This document shows, in pieces, positions 1 through 14,403 of a DNA stretch of 64,000 nt (position 1 is its first letter; each line of letters opens with the position of its first letter). This DNA comes from Octopus bimaculoides (lineage: Eukaryota), in contig NC_068989.1 of assembly GCF_001194135.2 (NCBI RefSeq), forward strand, positions 41,257,421-41,321,420, written 5' to 3'. The position numbers and the translations under genes were made by a program. The notes under the pieces are model-generated. The model searched no databases. It was not told the DNA's origin and saw nothing but the letters and a program-made list of their open reading frames with translations.

Positions 1-294
1 TTTTTAAGGAAATGAATAGTTTTCAAGGTTGAAAGTTAAGAAAAATCAAGAACATAATATAAATAATATAATAATGATTTCAAATTTTGGCTCAAAGACA
101 GAGATTTTGAGGAAGGGAGATAGTCAATTACATCAATCCCAGTGTCCAGCTGGTATTTGTTTTATCAACCCCAAAAAGAATGATAGGTAAAGTTGAACTC
201 GGCAGAATTTGAACTCAGGACAACACAAAATGCTACTAAGCATTTTGCCCCACATGCTAACGATTCTGTCAGCTCACCACCTAATTATAAAGCA

Positions 295-347
<53 letters not shown>

Positions 348-361
348 ACACACTATCACAA

Positions 362-392
<31 letters not shown>

Positions 393-797
393 CATATACA
401 TGAACACACACATACACACAACAAACAGATGTATATAGTTGGTCAAACAAGCTTGACTACCTGAATTTTATTCATATGCTTTAGATTTACACATTTTAAA
501 CACAAGAGTGTTTTATATATATGTATATTTATATATATGCAAATATTATATACACTCACACATATGTGTATACATATTAGATTTTTATTTCCTGTTTTAT
601 TTTATTAGCATTCAGAGAGTGAAAGAGAGAGAAAGTGACATCCATTATTTTGTAGAAAGGAACATACATAAGAGTAATGTACTAAGTAAACTTCACCAAA
701 ACAGAACAAAACTGAACAAAAATTTAACAAACATGTAATGGGAAGGCAAGTTGGTATGTTTTGAGGCTAAGTCAAATAGTTCAACATTTCCAATAGG

Positions 798-844
<47 letters not shown>

Positions 845-864
845 TATATGATAAGATTGCTTAA

Positions 865-1295
865 NNNNNNNNNNNNNNNNNNNNNNNNNNNNNNNNNNNN
901 NNNNNNNNNNNNNNNNNNNNNNNNNNNNNNNNNNNNNNNNNNNNNNNNNNNNNNNNNNNNNNNNNNNNNNNNNNNNNNNNNNNNNNNNNNNNNNNNNNNN
1001 NNNNNNNNNNNNNNNNNNNNNNNNNNNNNNNNNNNNNNNNNNNNNNNNNNNNNNNNNNNNNNNNNNNNNNNNNNNNNNNNNNNNNNNNNNNNNNNNNNNN
1101 NNNNNNNNNNNNNNNNNNNNNNNNNNNNNNNNNNNNNNNNNNNNNNNNNNNNNNNNNNNNNNNNNNNNNNNNNNNNNNNNNNNNNNNNNNNNNNNNNNNN
1201 NNNNNNNNNNNNNNNNNNNNNNNNNNNNNNNNNNNNNNNNNNNNNNNNNNNNNNNNNNNNNNNNNNNNNNNNNNNNNNNNNNNNNNNNNNNNNNN
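865..1295. other. Assembly gap; others 4801-4818, 19955-20054, 20958-20990, 28680-28689, 28926-28936, 43041-43354, 52098-52706, 61464-61550
   Basis: N runs, mostly next to (TA)n or young repeats. Confidence 1.
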
Positions 1296-2150
1296 TATAA
1301 GGGAGTGGACAAATGAAAGAAGGGCACTCAACACATTTATTGAGAGTTAATTGTATCAAAATAATTTGATTCAAATTCATTCCATGGTACTTAAAGATTC
1401 AAAGCATAAGATGCTTACCCTCAGCCATTGATTTCCAATGGCTGAAGATAAGCATCTTATGCTTTGAAACTTTAAGTACCACAGAATTTGAATCAAACTG
1501 TTTTGATGCATATACATACAAAAGGCTTCTTTTAATTTCCATCTACCAAATTCTCTCACAAGGCTTTGGTCAGCCTTAGGCTATAGTAGAAGATATTTGC
1601 CCAAAGTGTCACACAGTGGAACTGAATCCAGAACTATGTGGTTGGGAAGCAAACTTCTTACCACACAGCCATCCCTGTTCCTCTGTGTGTGTGTGTGTGT
1701 GTGTGTGAACTTTAGGTGAGTTGAGATATGTTTGTGACATATTTCAACTTCTAAAGACAAATTCACTGTAGTTACCATGGAGGAAAAATTCTCTTGTATA
1801 GAAAAGGTGTGAAAACATCATGGCAGGAAGTAGAAGCTAGAGATTTATAACAGAGAAGGCAACAGGGAGTTTCTATAACACAAACTACAGGCTGTTTCAA
1901 ACTACATCTGTGGTTGTTGCAAGTTTCCAGCTAGCCAGACTGGTTCTATAGACAGAGCTATAAAGTCTTTATCTAAATAACTATTCTGGAAAGATTAGAA
2001 GGTGACAGCTGAGAACATTATCAAGTAACTAGAAGAGAAATGAGACATAGTTTGTCAAATAAACAACAGTGTTTCCAATATCAAAACAGCATATTTTAAG
2101 GTTAGCAATGTTAAGATCATTTCTGCTGAGAAACCTGAATTTCTCAGCTA

Positions 2151-2190
<40 letters not shown>

Positions 2191-2739
2191 GGGGAATGGC
2201 TGAGTTGGCATCTATACATTAGTATGTATATGTTATTTAACTTGGTTCAGTCATTGGACTGCAGCCATGCTACTAAGGCATTACCTTAGAAGGTTTTTCT
2301 TTTTTTAACTTCAACAGATTGACCCCCAGAACTTTTTTTAAGTCTGGTACTTATATTATCAGTTCCTTTTGCTGAACAGCTAAATCATGGGGACATAAAC
2401 AACCAACACTGCGTATGAATTCAAAGTGTGCCATGGTAAGCAGGCACAACATGAAGAACTGTAGCAAAAAAAAAAACCCACCAATATATGATCATGTGAT
2501 CACTAGTGTCACTTCATAATCTTAGAATTTCTCATTTTCTGTACTTCTTTTTGGCAAGATTAAAAGGATAATAATAATAATAATAATAATAATGGTTTCA
2601 AATTTTGGCATAAGGCCAGCAATTTTAGGGAGGGGTTAAGTCAATTATATTGACCCCAGTGTTCAACTGGTATTTATTTTATTGAATTGAAATCGTGATT
2701 GAACCAATTTCGATGACTGGCACCTGTGCCAGTGGAGCG

Positions 2740-3152
2740 CTAAGAGCACCATCCGAGCTGCCAGAACAGTTGTCTGGCTTCCATGCTAGTGGCACGTAAA
2801 TAGCACCATTTGAGCGTGATCATTACCAGCATCGCCTTACTGGCACGTGAAAAAAACATTCGAGCAAGGTCATTGCCAGTGCCGCTGAACTGGCTCCTGT
2901 GCAGGTGGCACGTAAAGAACACCATTTTGAGTGTAGCCGTTGCCAGTACCAGCTGACTGGCCCTTGTGCCGGTGGCACGTAAAAGCACCCACTACACTCT
3001 TGGAGTGGTTGGCGTTAGGAAGGACATCCAGCTGTAGAAACTCTGCCAGATCAGATTGGAGCCTGGTGCAGCCATCTGGTTTGCCAGTCTTCAGTCAAAT
3101 CGTCCAACCCATGCTAGCATGGAAGGCAGACGTTAAACGATGATGATGATGA
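2740..3152 (+). mobile_element. RTE 3'-tail repeat family; copies also 5545-5905(+), 39890-40085(+), 55765-56192(+), 59555-59745(+), 28545-28805(-), 41800-42045(-)
   Basis: Shared ..GCATCCAGCTGTAGAAACTCTGCC..CCAACCCATGCTAGCATGG..ACGTTAAACGATGATG; matches the tail of the RTE at 51875. Confidence 0.85.
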
Positions 3153-3159
3153 CTCTGAA

Positions 3160-3820
3160 GGGATGAAAGGTAAAGTTGACTTTGACAGAATTTCAACTCA
3201 GAATGTAAAGATGGACAAAATGCTGCTAAGCATTTTACCTGGTGTGCTAACGATTCTGCCTTAATAGTAATAATCTTTTCAACTAAAGGCACAAGGCTAG
3301 AAATTTGTGGGGAACGAGAAAGTGAATTACATTGACCCCAGAACTCTACTGGTACTTATTTTATCAATCCCAAAAGGATGAAAGGCAAAGTCAACCTCAG
3401 TGGGATTTGAACTCAGTATGTAAAGATGGACAAAATTCTGCTAAGCATTTTGCCCAGTGTGCTAACGATTCTGCCAGTTCACTGCTTTAATAATAATCCT
3501 TTCTGCCAAAGGCACAAGGCCTGAAATTTGGGGTAAAGGGACTAGTCGATTACATTGACCCCAGTGTTTCACTGGTACTTAATTTATCAACCCCTAAAGG
3601 ATGAACAGTAAAAAGTCAACCTTGGCAGAATTTGAACTCAGAACCTGAAGACACATGAAATATCACTAAGTATTTTGCCCGGCATGCTAACAATTGTGCC
3701 AGCTCCCTGTCTTAATAATAATAATAATAATAATAACTCTTTGTACTATAGGCACAAAGCATGAAATTTGACGGGGGAGTCGAGACAATTGCATCAACTC
3801 CAGTGTTTAACTGGTACAGG
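3160..3820 (-). mobile_element. Stack of four tRNA-derived SINEs (family A, (ATT)n tail)
   Basis: Repeated ..GCTGGCAGAATCGTTAGCA..AAATGCTTAGC..TTCTGAGTTCAAATT..GTACCAG..GGGGTCAATG..TGTGCC units. Confidence 0.85.
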
Positions 3821-4299
3821 AATCCCTCACTTTACAGAAGTAATGCATTCCTGAAAATCTGGCTATAACACAAAATTCCATAATGCAAAATAATTTTCTT
3901 ATTGATTTGCGTTTCCCTATCAATTTTCATATTACCAAGTGAGCTTGCATTCCTATAGACATTTCCAGAAAAAAAGTAGCACAAGAAAACAAGAAACAAG
4001 GAGAATGATCGCTCATGTACATGAAAATAGCAATTTCTAAACACACAGTGCAGCATAGATACATAAAAACACAAAAACATTTCTTTCAAGAGGAATTAGT
4101 TGGGGAATTATTATTAATCATTGTAATATCATAAGAGTACAATCTTACCACAAAAGATGTTGACTACTGTATGAGGGGAGGTGGTAGAATGAGTGTTACT
4201 AGGAAGATGAGGGAAAATCACTTTTGGAGGTGAAGAACTTTGTTGTTTGTTATTTATGAAGCATCATTTCTTTGTACAGCTCCGTATAGGAACTGAATT

Positions 4300-6260
4300 T
4301 ATTGCAAACTCGTCATGTAATTTTTATGTTACATTCATGATTAAGATCATTATCAGCAAAAACCTGCAGACCTTCTGCTATAACTGCTAACCCATTAGCA
4401 ATATTTTTTGTAGTGAATTTAAGTGGTTTAGAAGGAACTTCCATTGTCTCATCTATATTCTCAGTTAGTTCTTTTTCTAACAGCTTAAGCTCCGCTAAGG
4501 ATAAACTTTCTGTCTGGGACATTAACAGCTCAATCACATAATCCTCTACGATTTCTTCAAATCCTACGTTCGTTGTAAGTGTCACGATATTGTTCCGAAT
4601 TTGGAGACTTTCTGCTTGAAGAACTTGTACTATGAACAGATACAGACTGGTCATATTTATTCTTTCCCAAGTACTTTTCAAAGTTGAAGGTTTTGCTTCA
4701 TCTAAGACTCAGTTATATTATCTACAGCATAGGTTCTCAAAGTGGTTGCTACCGCCTCCTGGTGGGCATTCCAATGGTCCAAGTGGGCGCTGGTGCCTAA
4801 NNNNNNNNNNNNNNNNNNGGGGGTTAGAGAAAAAGGAGGCATTGGGAGGAAGGCAGTGGATTGGGGGATGCTATGAATTTATTATGATATTATTATAGTA
4901 TTGAATACAAATTATAAAGTATTATATTGAATATCAAATGATTCAAAGTATATATAAATTAGTAAAATATAAAATATTTATTCATACATAAAAAAATAGA
5001 GATAGGGGTACTGAGGGTATTATGTGGCCATGAGGTGGACGGTGGCTCATAAAGTTTGAGAACTTCTGATATACAGCGTCCATTATGTTGAATTTCTTCC
5101 AGAAATTTCTAATTGTAGGTTTATCCACCCTGTCAATTACTTTCAGATGTTGTTTGAAAATTCTTCTCATATAATATACCCTGTGATTAGCTATCACAAC
5201 TTGATATATTGGCTAGTACAAAGAAGATGAATTCTTGGGGATATATTCTACTCTCATATTATTAGAAAGGTCATCTAAGTTTGCTGAGTGGCTCAGTACA
5301 TTGTCGAAATGAAGCAGCGCTTTGCTGGAAATACTGTCTGACATTGTACCTTTCTACTGCAGGATGGAAAAACGTTTGTAAACCACTTTTTGAAAAGGCT
5401 CTTAGTCAGCCATGCCTTCTTATTTGAACAACAAATCAGAGGTAGATTAAATTTTGTGTAACCCTTAAAAGTCCTGAGACTTTCAGAGTGATACATGATT
5501 AGGGACCTTTAATTTCATATCACCAGCAATATTTCCTTCCAAAAGAAGTTTCAGATGATTGGCCGTCGCCAGTACCACCTGACTGGCCTTCGTAGGATTT
5601 TCGAGCGAGATCGTTGCCAGTGCCCCTGGACTGGCTCTTGTGCGGGTGGCACATAAAATACACCATTTTGAGCATGGCCATTGCCAGTACTGCCTGACTG
5701 GCCTTTGTGTGGGTGATACGTAAAAGCACCCACTACACTCTCTGAGTGGTTGGCGTTAGGAAGGGCATCCAGCTGTAGAAACTCAGCCAAATCAGATTGG
5801 AGCCTGATGTTGCCATCCGGTTTCACCAGTCCTCAGTCAAATCGTCCAACCCATGCTAGCACGGAAAACGGACGTTAAACGATGATGATGATGATGATGA
5901 TGATGTTGATTAAACTCTGGTGTTGATTTTTCTTCTCAAGAAATAAAAGTTCTAGCGGGCATGCACTTCCAGAAAAGTGAAGTCTCATTACATTGTATAT
6001 TTGCTCTGCTGTATAGTCCCCTTAAGCAATCATTTTCATCAACTGCTCAGATTTATTAGTAGCAGCCTCTGTGTCAACATTCACAGTTTCACCAGTCATT
6101 TTTATGTTCTGCAAATTTATGCACTCCTTACACCTTTCAATCCAGCCTTTACCAGCCAAAAAGGGATTTTCATTAGAAGTTTCACCTTCTTTTTTCAGCA
6201 AATCATCATATGAACTTTTGGCTCTGTTTTGAATTACCATCATATTTATCGGTACATTAT
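4300..6260 (-). mobile_element. Fragmented Tigger/pogo transposase remnant, interrupted by an RTE tail (5545-5905) and a hAT-like MITE (~4723-4980)
   Basis: CENP-B HTH (FLAGKGWIER..LQNIKMTGE), YHSE…SNKKAWLT..LF..WF, IANHRVYYMRR…FWKKFNI segments in colinear order. Confidence 0.8.
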
Positions 6261-6779
6261 ACCAATTCTGATCCCCAATTCATACACACAAGAGTTGTTC
6301 CATTTTAAGCATTACATTAGATCTATGAAAAAATAGGGTCCAGACAGTTAATAGAGTAGCTTCTTGCAGCTGTCATGTGTTGTTCTCACTGTGGACATTG
6401 CAAGATTTAATGTTTTGGCAAATTTAGTTTTACTTCCACATCAAAACTTTTTAAAATAGCAAGTTTAATATACAGTGTAATCCCTTTATGGTTTCTTTAC
6501 ATACCACTGCCTTCAGGTTGATTTGATAACTTCTTTCCAAAAGCTGTGCAATTAATTATCTACAACAAATATGTATTTAAAAAAAATTGGCTTAGGAAAG
6601 ATCTAATTTGTGAAAGCAGAAAATTGTCTTTTTCCTAAGGATGCAGTAATGAAAATGAGATGAAAAAGTGAAGGAGTGAGGAAGAGAAAGTACTATATGA
6701 TTACAGTTAGCTGAAGGGGAACTTCCGATTTAATACTTTTGTTACCAAACTGGCTCTGGCTCTGAATACAAATATCTTA

Positions 6780-7195
6780 CTCTTACTCTCTTTTACTTGG
6801 TTCAGTCATTTGACTGTGGCCATGCTGAAGCACCGCCTTTTAGTCAAGCAAATCGACCCCAGGACTTATTCTTTGTAAGCCTAGTATTTATTCTATCAGT
6901 CTCTTTTACCGAACTGCTAAGTTACGGGGACGTAAACGCACCAGCATCAGTTGTCAAGCGATGTTGGGGGGACAAACACAGACACACAAACACACACACA
7001 TATATATATATACATATACATATACATATATACGACGGGCTTCTTTCAGTTTCCATCTACCAAATCTACTCACAGGGCTTTGGTCGGCCCGAGGCTATAG
7101 TGGAAAACACTTGCCCAAGGTGCTACGCAGTAGGACTGAACCCAGAACCCTGTGGTTGGTAAGCAAGCTACTTACCACACAGCCACTCCTGCGCT
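6780..7195 (-). mobile_element. tRNA-head CORE-like SINE (family B); copies 1525-1680, 2240-2410, 25530-25885, 28370-29035, 51352-51752(-), 36400-36778, 46490-46640, 53325-53645(+)
   Basis: Head GCGCAGGAGTGGCTGTGTGGTAAG..GGTTCAGTCC, CORE-like CCTTGGGCAAGTG, internal (TA/CA)n. Confidence 0.85.
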
Positions 7196-7773
7196 TGTCT
7201 TGTTTTCATAAGTTTTGAATTAAAATCTTCCGCCAAACCTTAGCCACAATTTATGTTCCTAACACTACCCGAATGATAACTAAGTTATTTTATTAAATTC
7301 TTTGTTATATTTAAAATAATTGAAAGAAACACCGAGCATCTCAAAATATATACAGTAACGAAAGGGTTAAGACATAAATACACAGACACACTCATACATA
7401 CACACAGACACACTCATACATACACACAGACACACTCATACATACACACAGACAAACACACTCGTTCACACATGTGTTGGTGTACATGCTGATATCTATT
7501 GTAGCCAGTTGGATTCAAAAGTTGGTGGATTGATAGTGGAGATGATGTGGTTTACATTGGTTAAGACATTAGTGATGGTGGGTGGATAATGTTGGTGTTG
7601 TGGTGGTTATATTGTTCTTGCTAACTGGATTGTTATGGCTGTTTAGTCTCAAGTCAATCCTTATACCTAAGATGAAAAACATTTCATTCAACTTTTAAAA
7701 TACACTAGGATACCACATTATATGTTGTTATTTGAAATGGCTTTGCTTTTCTATCTCATACAATATATTATTG

Positions 7774-9028
7774 TATGAGGTAGTGTGGGCTGAAAAGTTT
7801 ATAAGATGACTATAAAGGAGTGATGCTAGAGCTGTGCAATTGTGCATGCATTAATTTCAGCTCTTCTTATTAATGACTGCATCATTTATTTCCAGCCAAA
7901 CTGACATCTGACTGTTCAAAGAAGACTTCAAAAGTAACTAGTAATGACTTCACTTGAAAATCAACAAAATTTGGCATCATGGTGTTACGAAGTACCTCCA
8001 AAGATATTCATGCTGATATGGTAGCTATATTAGGGGATGATGCTCCAGTTTTATTATCGGTGGAAAAGTGGGCAACTAAATTTAGGAGGGGAAGGGGGAG
8101 TCTTGAAGATGACCCAAATTCTGGACATCTTGCAACTGCCACCACCAAGGAAAACATTTATTGTGTTCACCACATGGTGATGGGTGACAGGTGATTAACT
8201 ATTATTCAAATAACCAATGTAATAAGCATATCCTGTGAGAGAGTTGAGAATATTCTGCACAATCAACATGGCATGACAAACGTTTCTGTTCAGTGGGTGC
8301 CACATCTTCTGACATCTGATCAAAAGTATGCCAGGCTGATCACATCACAGAAAAATCTGATATTGTTTGAGACAGATCCATCAGGTTTCCTTAAATGTTT
8401 CCTAACCTAGAGTGAGTGTTGGGTTCATCACTTTGTGCCAGAGACAAAGAGACAGTCCATGCAGCGGAAACACCCTTTCTCCCCTGCTCCAAAGATGACC
8501 GTGGTCATTTCATCTGCAGAGAAGGTGATGGTCATGGTTTTTTGAGATGCAAAAGACATTGTGTTTATAGACTATCTTCAAAAGAATCACACCATCAACA
8601 GAAAGTACTATGCCAACTTGCTGAGGCAGTTATGAAAGGATATCAAGACCAAATACCGAGGAAAACTGATGAAAGAGATCTTGTTTCATCGGGACAATGC
8701 TCCAGCACACAAGTCTTTGGATTTGAACTGGTTGATCCCCCTTCCTGTTATCCCGACTTGGCATCCTTCCGACTATCATCTGTTCCCCAACATGAAAAAA
8801 ACTTGGCTGGGAAACAGTATCACAGAGATGATGACATCATATCTGTTGCTGATGACTTTCTTGTCAAACAAGATGAAAGCTTCTTGACCAATGGGATCCA
8901 AGCACTGCAGCACCAATGTAAGAATTGTGTGGACCACAAGGGGCATTATGTGGAAAAATAAATGTCATTTGGTCACACTCCTTGACAGTATGTTGGTCAG
9001 CTTATGAGCTTTTCAACCAACCCTCATA
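7774..9028 (+). mobile_element. Full-length degraded mariner transposon
   Basis: TA-flanked ~33-bp imperfect TIRs (TATGAGG..TGAAAAG); transposase remnants with HTH, WVPH, DNAPAH and PDLA/PSDYHLFP motifs, with stops and frameshifts. Confidence 0.9.
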
Positions 9029-9031
9029 CAT

Positions 9032-9083
<52 letters not shown>

Positions 9084-9344
9084 CTTATATACTCACATCA
9101 TGTACATATCTAAAATGCATGTGTGCAACATGGGGATAGATTTTCAAATCATTAACTATATATTTTGATCTTAACTAAAACACAAATGACCACTGAAGAA
9201 GAAAGTGTACTTTTAAAATGTTAACAATATGAGTTTCCATAAGAGCAAAATTACAGACCATATCCCAGAATTAAAGGTCACACTTTACAATTTCTGTAAG
9301 CACAAAATCCTATAACCTGAGATAGCTGTATTGCAAGAGGATGC

Positions 9345-11512
9345 CTTTATTTATCTTATCAGCCCTGAAATGAAGAAATGCAAAGTTAACCTCAGCAGAA
9401 TTTGTACTTAGAATATGAATTTGAACTCAGAATCATTAGCACACTGGACAAAATGCTTAGCAGCATTTTGTCCAGTATGCTAACAATTCTACCAGCTCAC
9501 CACCTTAATAATAATAATAAATGTTTCAGATTTCGGCATAAGGTCTGCAATTTTTAGTGGAAAGGGGTAAGTCAGTTAGATTGACTTCCCTGCTCAACTA
9601 ATACTTATTTTATCAATCCCAAAAGGATGAAAGACAAAGTCAGCCTTGGCAGAATTTGAACTCAGAACATAAAGAGTTAAAAGAAATGCCACCTAGCATT
9701 TTGTCAAACATGCTAACAATTCTGCCAACTCAATCATTATCATCATCATCATTTTGATTGATAAAAATAATAATTTCTGATTTAGGCTCACGGCCAGCAA
9801 TTTTGAGAGATGGGGTTGGTTGAAACTATTTATGGTATCAACCCTGGAAGGATGGAAGACAAACTTGACCCTGGCAGGATTTGAACTCAGAATGCAAAGT
9901 ACTGGAACAAATAGCACAAGTGTATTTTGTTCAAAGTTCCAATGATTATGTCATAATAATGCTTTCAAATTTTGACACAAGGCCAGCAGGTTCGAGGGAG
10001 GGGTTAAATCGGTTACATCAACCCCAGTGTTCAACTGGTACTTATTTCACTGACCCTGAAAACATGGAAGGCAAAATCGACTACGGTGGAATTTGAACTC
10101 TCAACATAAAGACAGATGAAATGCTGCTAAGCATTTTGCCCAACACAGTAACAATTTTGCCACCTTGTCACCTTATGTTTATGCCATAATAATAATAATA
10201 ATAGTAGTAATCAACAGTTCATTAAGCTAGAGATTTATTCTTTTATTAAATTCAGTTATTGGACTGTAACTGTAGGAACATACCACTTGCAATCCAAAAC
10301 TGAATCTTCAGTAATATGGCAGTTAACCATGTGTTGAAAAGAATTCTTTGGGGTTTGAATAATTCACCTCTGGAAACATGGATGTTTCATTCATCATCCT
10401 TAAACAAACCTTATTCAGGGACGTTTTGAGCGGGATGGGCTACTCAACCTGAAGAAAATTCTGAGTCCCACCTGCAAGGTCATGTGTACATTATCTTGAT
10501 TTGAGATCACCATGTCATGCATATAGTTGTGATGTCTGGTGTACCCTTATCAGACAGGTAGTCATGATGGGTATACTGGGCTTTATATATTCTACCCAGT
10601 GTCACTTTCATGACATGCACTGCTTTCTCATTCAATAATAATAATAATAATAATAAAAATAATTGCTGATTTAGGCACAAAGCCAGCAATTTTGAAAGGA
10701 GTGGAGTTAGCTAATTATATCAACCCAAGAACTTGACTGGATGGGGTAGACTTTGGTAGGATTTGAACTCAGAACATAAAGAGCTGTAATAAATACTACA
10801 AAGCATTTACTGGCATTTATTTATTTTAATGCACAGAAAATTCTGTCAATATCCTGCCCTAACAATAATAATGTTTCTAAATAAAAATAATAATAACAAT
10901 AATAACATAATAATAATTACATATTAATAATAATTTTAATAATAATTACAATAATCCTTTCTACTATAGGCACAAGGCCTGGGGTTTTGTGGGGAAAGGG
11001 ACAATCAATCACATCAACCTCAGTACTTAACTGATACTTAATTTATGAACCTTGAAAGGATGATAGGCAAAGTTGACCTCAGCAGTATTTGAACTCAAAA
11101 CGCAACAACCGGTGAAATACCGCTAAACATTTCATCCAGCCTGCTAACAGTTCTCCCAGCTCATTGACCTTTTCTTTTTTAAACCACACCCATATTCATA
11201 GGCCTGAATATTCAATATTTGGTTAAGGTACCAAATATGCACCTAAAGCCTAAGACCACTCGGCCATATTGAGAGCATGGCATAATAATAATATTAATAA
11301 CCATTTTTACTGGAGGTACAAGTCTTTGAAATTTTGTAGGGGAGGGGACTAGTTGATTATGTTAACCCCAGTGTTTCACTGGTACTATCAAATCCAAAAG
11401 GATGAAAGACAAAGTTGACCTCGGCAGTATTTGAACTCAGAATGTAGCGACAGACAAAATGCAGCTAAGCATTTCGCTTGGCTTGCTAACAATTCAGCCA
11501 GCTTGCCACCTT
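9345..11512 (-). mobile_element. Cluster of ~7 family-A SINEs, all same orientation, with an (AAT)n-tailed repeat (10270-10650) in between
   Basis: Same family motifs separated by (AAT)n tracts. Confidence 0.85.
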
Positions 11513-11545
11513 AATAAATAAATAAATAAGTAAATAAATAAATAA

Positions 11546-11650
11546 ATAGAAGAAGAAGAAGAAGAAGAAGAAGAAGAAGAAGAAGAAGGAGAAGGAGAAG
11601 AAGAAGAAGGAGAAGGAGAAGAAGAAGAAGAAGAAGAAGAAGAAAAAGAA
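11546..11650. repeat. (GAA)n/(GGA) microsatellite
   Basis: Visible directly. Confidence 0.95.
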
Positions 11651-11659
11651 GAATATAGC

Positions 11660-11830
11660 ACACATATGGTTGTGATGCATGTGCCTGGTGTACCATTATC
11701 AGACAGATAGTCGTGATGGGTATATTGGGCTTCGTATATTTTAACCCAGTGTCACTTTCATGGCATGCACTGCTCTCTCACTCAACAACAACAACAACAA
11801 TAATAATAGTAATAATAATAATAATAATAA
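11660..11830 (+). repeat. Interspersed repeat ending in (AAC/AAT)n; same family as 10270-10650; inverted related piece 13190-13350
   Basis: Shared GGTGTACC.TTATCAGACAG.TAGTC.TGATGGGTATA..CCCAGTGTCACTTTCATG. Confidence 0.75.
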
Positions 11831-12207
11831 AAATAATAGAGGAAGAAATAAAGAAACAGGGAAGAAAATAGCAAGTACAGGTGGAATAAAAGATCCTCCC
11901 TTCTTCCCCATCATTACAGCCACCACTGGTTGGCATTAATAGCAGTGCCCAACACCTTTTGACTAGAATGGAGTAAATGTGACTGTGTTGCATTTATACA
12001 CTCTTGAAAGATATTAGAAATTATACATGGAATGAAACAGATACTAGAGTGAATTGAAAACTGGTCATAGAATCAGCTCACTTAGAGATCTTCCTGCTAC
12101 TTTTAGGTGCTCACTGCACACCAATCACTAGTGTAATTAATTAAATTTCAACATATTAGAATAGGAAATATTATAAAATCATGGGAGATCATGCTTTGCT
12201 GCTTCTT

Positions 12208-12619
12208 GGAAGGGTCATTGCAACAATTATAAAAACGCACACTGGTTCAATGTCACGCTTTTTTATACATTGTGAATTGGTAACCTATTTAACCAACTAA
12301 GTAGTCGATCATCTTATTAATCATTTGGTTATTCAATCAGCCAGCTGTGTTTGCCAAAGTCCTTTTGTTGTCATCACAACCTCTTCAATGACATGTCCTT
12401 CTCCAGGTTAGCTTCAGGGCATTGTCATTGAAGAATTCACAAACAGTGACAAAAGGACTTTGGCAGACACAAGTGATTGCTTGATTAACCAAATAATTAA
12501 TAAAATATTCAAATAAACAATTAGTTAATTGATTAAATAGTTAACCAATTGATGAATAAATAATAAATAAATGAAACAGAACCAATGCATGTGTTTATTA
12601 TTGGCATAATGACCCTCCT
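12208..12619. repeat. Large imperfect fold-back (MITE-like), ~200-bp arms
   Basis: GCCAAAGTCCTTTTGT/ACAAAAGGACTTTGGC, TCTTCAATGACA/TGTCATTGAAGA, AGGGTCATT/AATGACCCT. Confidence 0.8.
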
Positions 12620-14403
12620 GAAATACAACAAAGTCCATTTCAACACATGAATTCAGGTCAAGAATTTTGTTGCAAATCAAAACCAGAAACAAAAATCATA
12701 CTGGTTTCCAAGAAACATTTCTTGAATAGAATATAAAATATATAATGGATATAACCTGATGTGTAGGGGGTTAATAGCTTGAAATTTTGTGATCAAGTAT
12801 ATCTAATAATGGGTAATCAGGCTACTTTCCATAACAGTGTTTCAGTCATGCATGCTTTCATTTAACGTCTGTTTTCCCATGTTAGCATTGCTTGGATAAG
12901 AATTACATTTGAGACAGGAATTTCACAGCTGAATGCTCTTCCTGTCACCAACCCTCACCTAGTTTTCAAGGAAGGGATTTTCTACATTCCATAGGTCTTT
13001 GAAAGCACAGAAAAACTGGTCATAATATTAACAAAAAATGTTACCCAACACATGAAACATCAACATTCATGCACATACACACATATTACCTTGTTTAACA
13101 CATTTTTTGTCCTTAGGTAGCAACTGTTATTTCCTATTTGCTTACTCCTAGAAAGTATGAAAAATGGCTTATATTTCCTTCAAAATTTGTGCTGGTTACA
13201 ATATTTATTCAAACCCCAAAGAATCCCTTTCAACACATGGCTATGATACTCCCCAACTACTCCTACTCATGATCAGTGATGCACATATTTTCAAGTAGTT
13301 AAGGTCAAGCAACTAACAAGCAAATCTGTAGTATTGAGCAGAATATTTTCTATAACGATATTCTTCTTCAGCAACCCAGCACTGAATCTGTCTGAAATGT
13401 ATTGGTAAGTTTCAAAATATTAATATCCAGGTCACAAAAGCAAAGTTTGAAGGGAATAGTGGTTATTTTGTTTGAGTTTTAGAGAGAAGCAAATAGGAAA
13501 CAACACTCAGTGACCAAAGACAAAAAAAATAGTTTCCATCTACCAAATTTATTCACAAAGCATTGCTCAGCCCAGGGGGACAGTGTAGTGGTACCAAACA
13601 CTAAACCACAAGGTCACAAAGCAAACTTCCCAATCACAAAGCAAACTTCCCAATCACAAAGCCACAACTGCATCTATATGTTAAAGACTGATTACATAGT
13701 TAGTTTTGACCAATAGTTGAGTTTATTTAAAGCATAACACTTGAACGTGTTTCATTATATTAAGCATTTTGACTATGTTTCAATTTAGGTCCATAGGCAA
13801 GGTTGTTGAAAGACACAAACATATTGGGACAAACAGAATGATTTTATGTATAGTTTTACCATTGTTTGGTTGTTCACAGGAATACTAACAGAAATAATTT
13901 TAGTTTATTTTATAACTTGTCAATTCATTTTATGACTTTTCAGTTCATTTTATAAATTAGATAATGTATAAAACTGTTAGATTGAAATTTTAGCATTTCA
14001 TTTAATTATTTCTTTTTACAAAATATTAAACAAAAGAAAAGTAAACCAAGTCACAAACATGGAGAAAATGTAAAGAATTATTTGAAAAATAAGTTGTGAT
14101 TGAATAAAGTTTGTACAGTAAATAGATTAATATGGAATGTAGATTAAAGAGAAAAACTGAAGGAATACATAATTTAAAACATAATATTAACAGGAGAGAA
14201 AAACTGAGATTGAATTTTAGCAAAAATTCATAAAATCAGATCAGTGTTGTGCATGTGCCTCTGTGTGTGTGTGTATATGTTTGTGTATGTGTGAGGGGGA
14301 AGAATGTGTTTGTAAGAAGGGGAGAGAGTGTATGTATGTGTGAATGAAGGTTTGTGTGTGTGTGTGTACATGTTTTCTTTTTCTTTGGGATTATATATAG
14401 TAT

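Noticed and set aside
13300-13400. Candidate terminal exon QIQCWVAEEEYRY…
   Set aside because: 3' part overlaps an interspersed repeat also seen at ~10325; no phase link established
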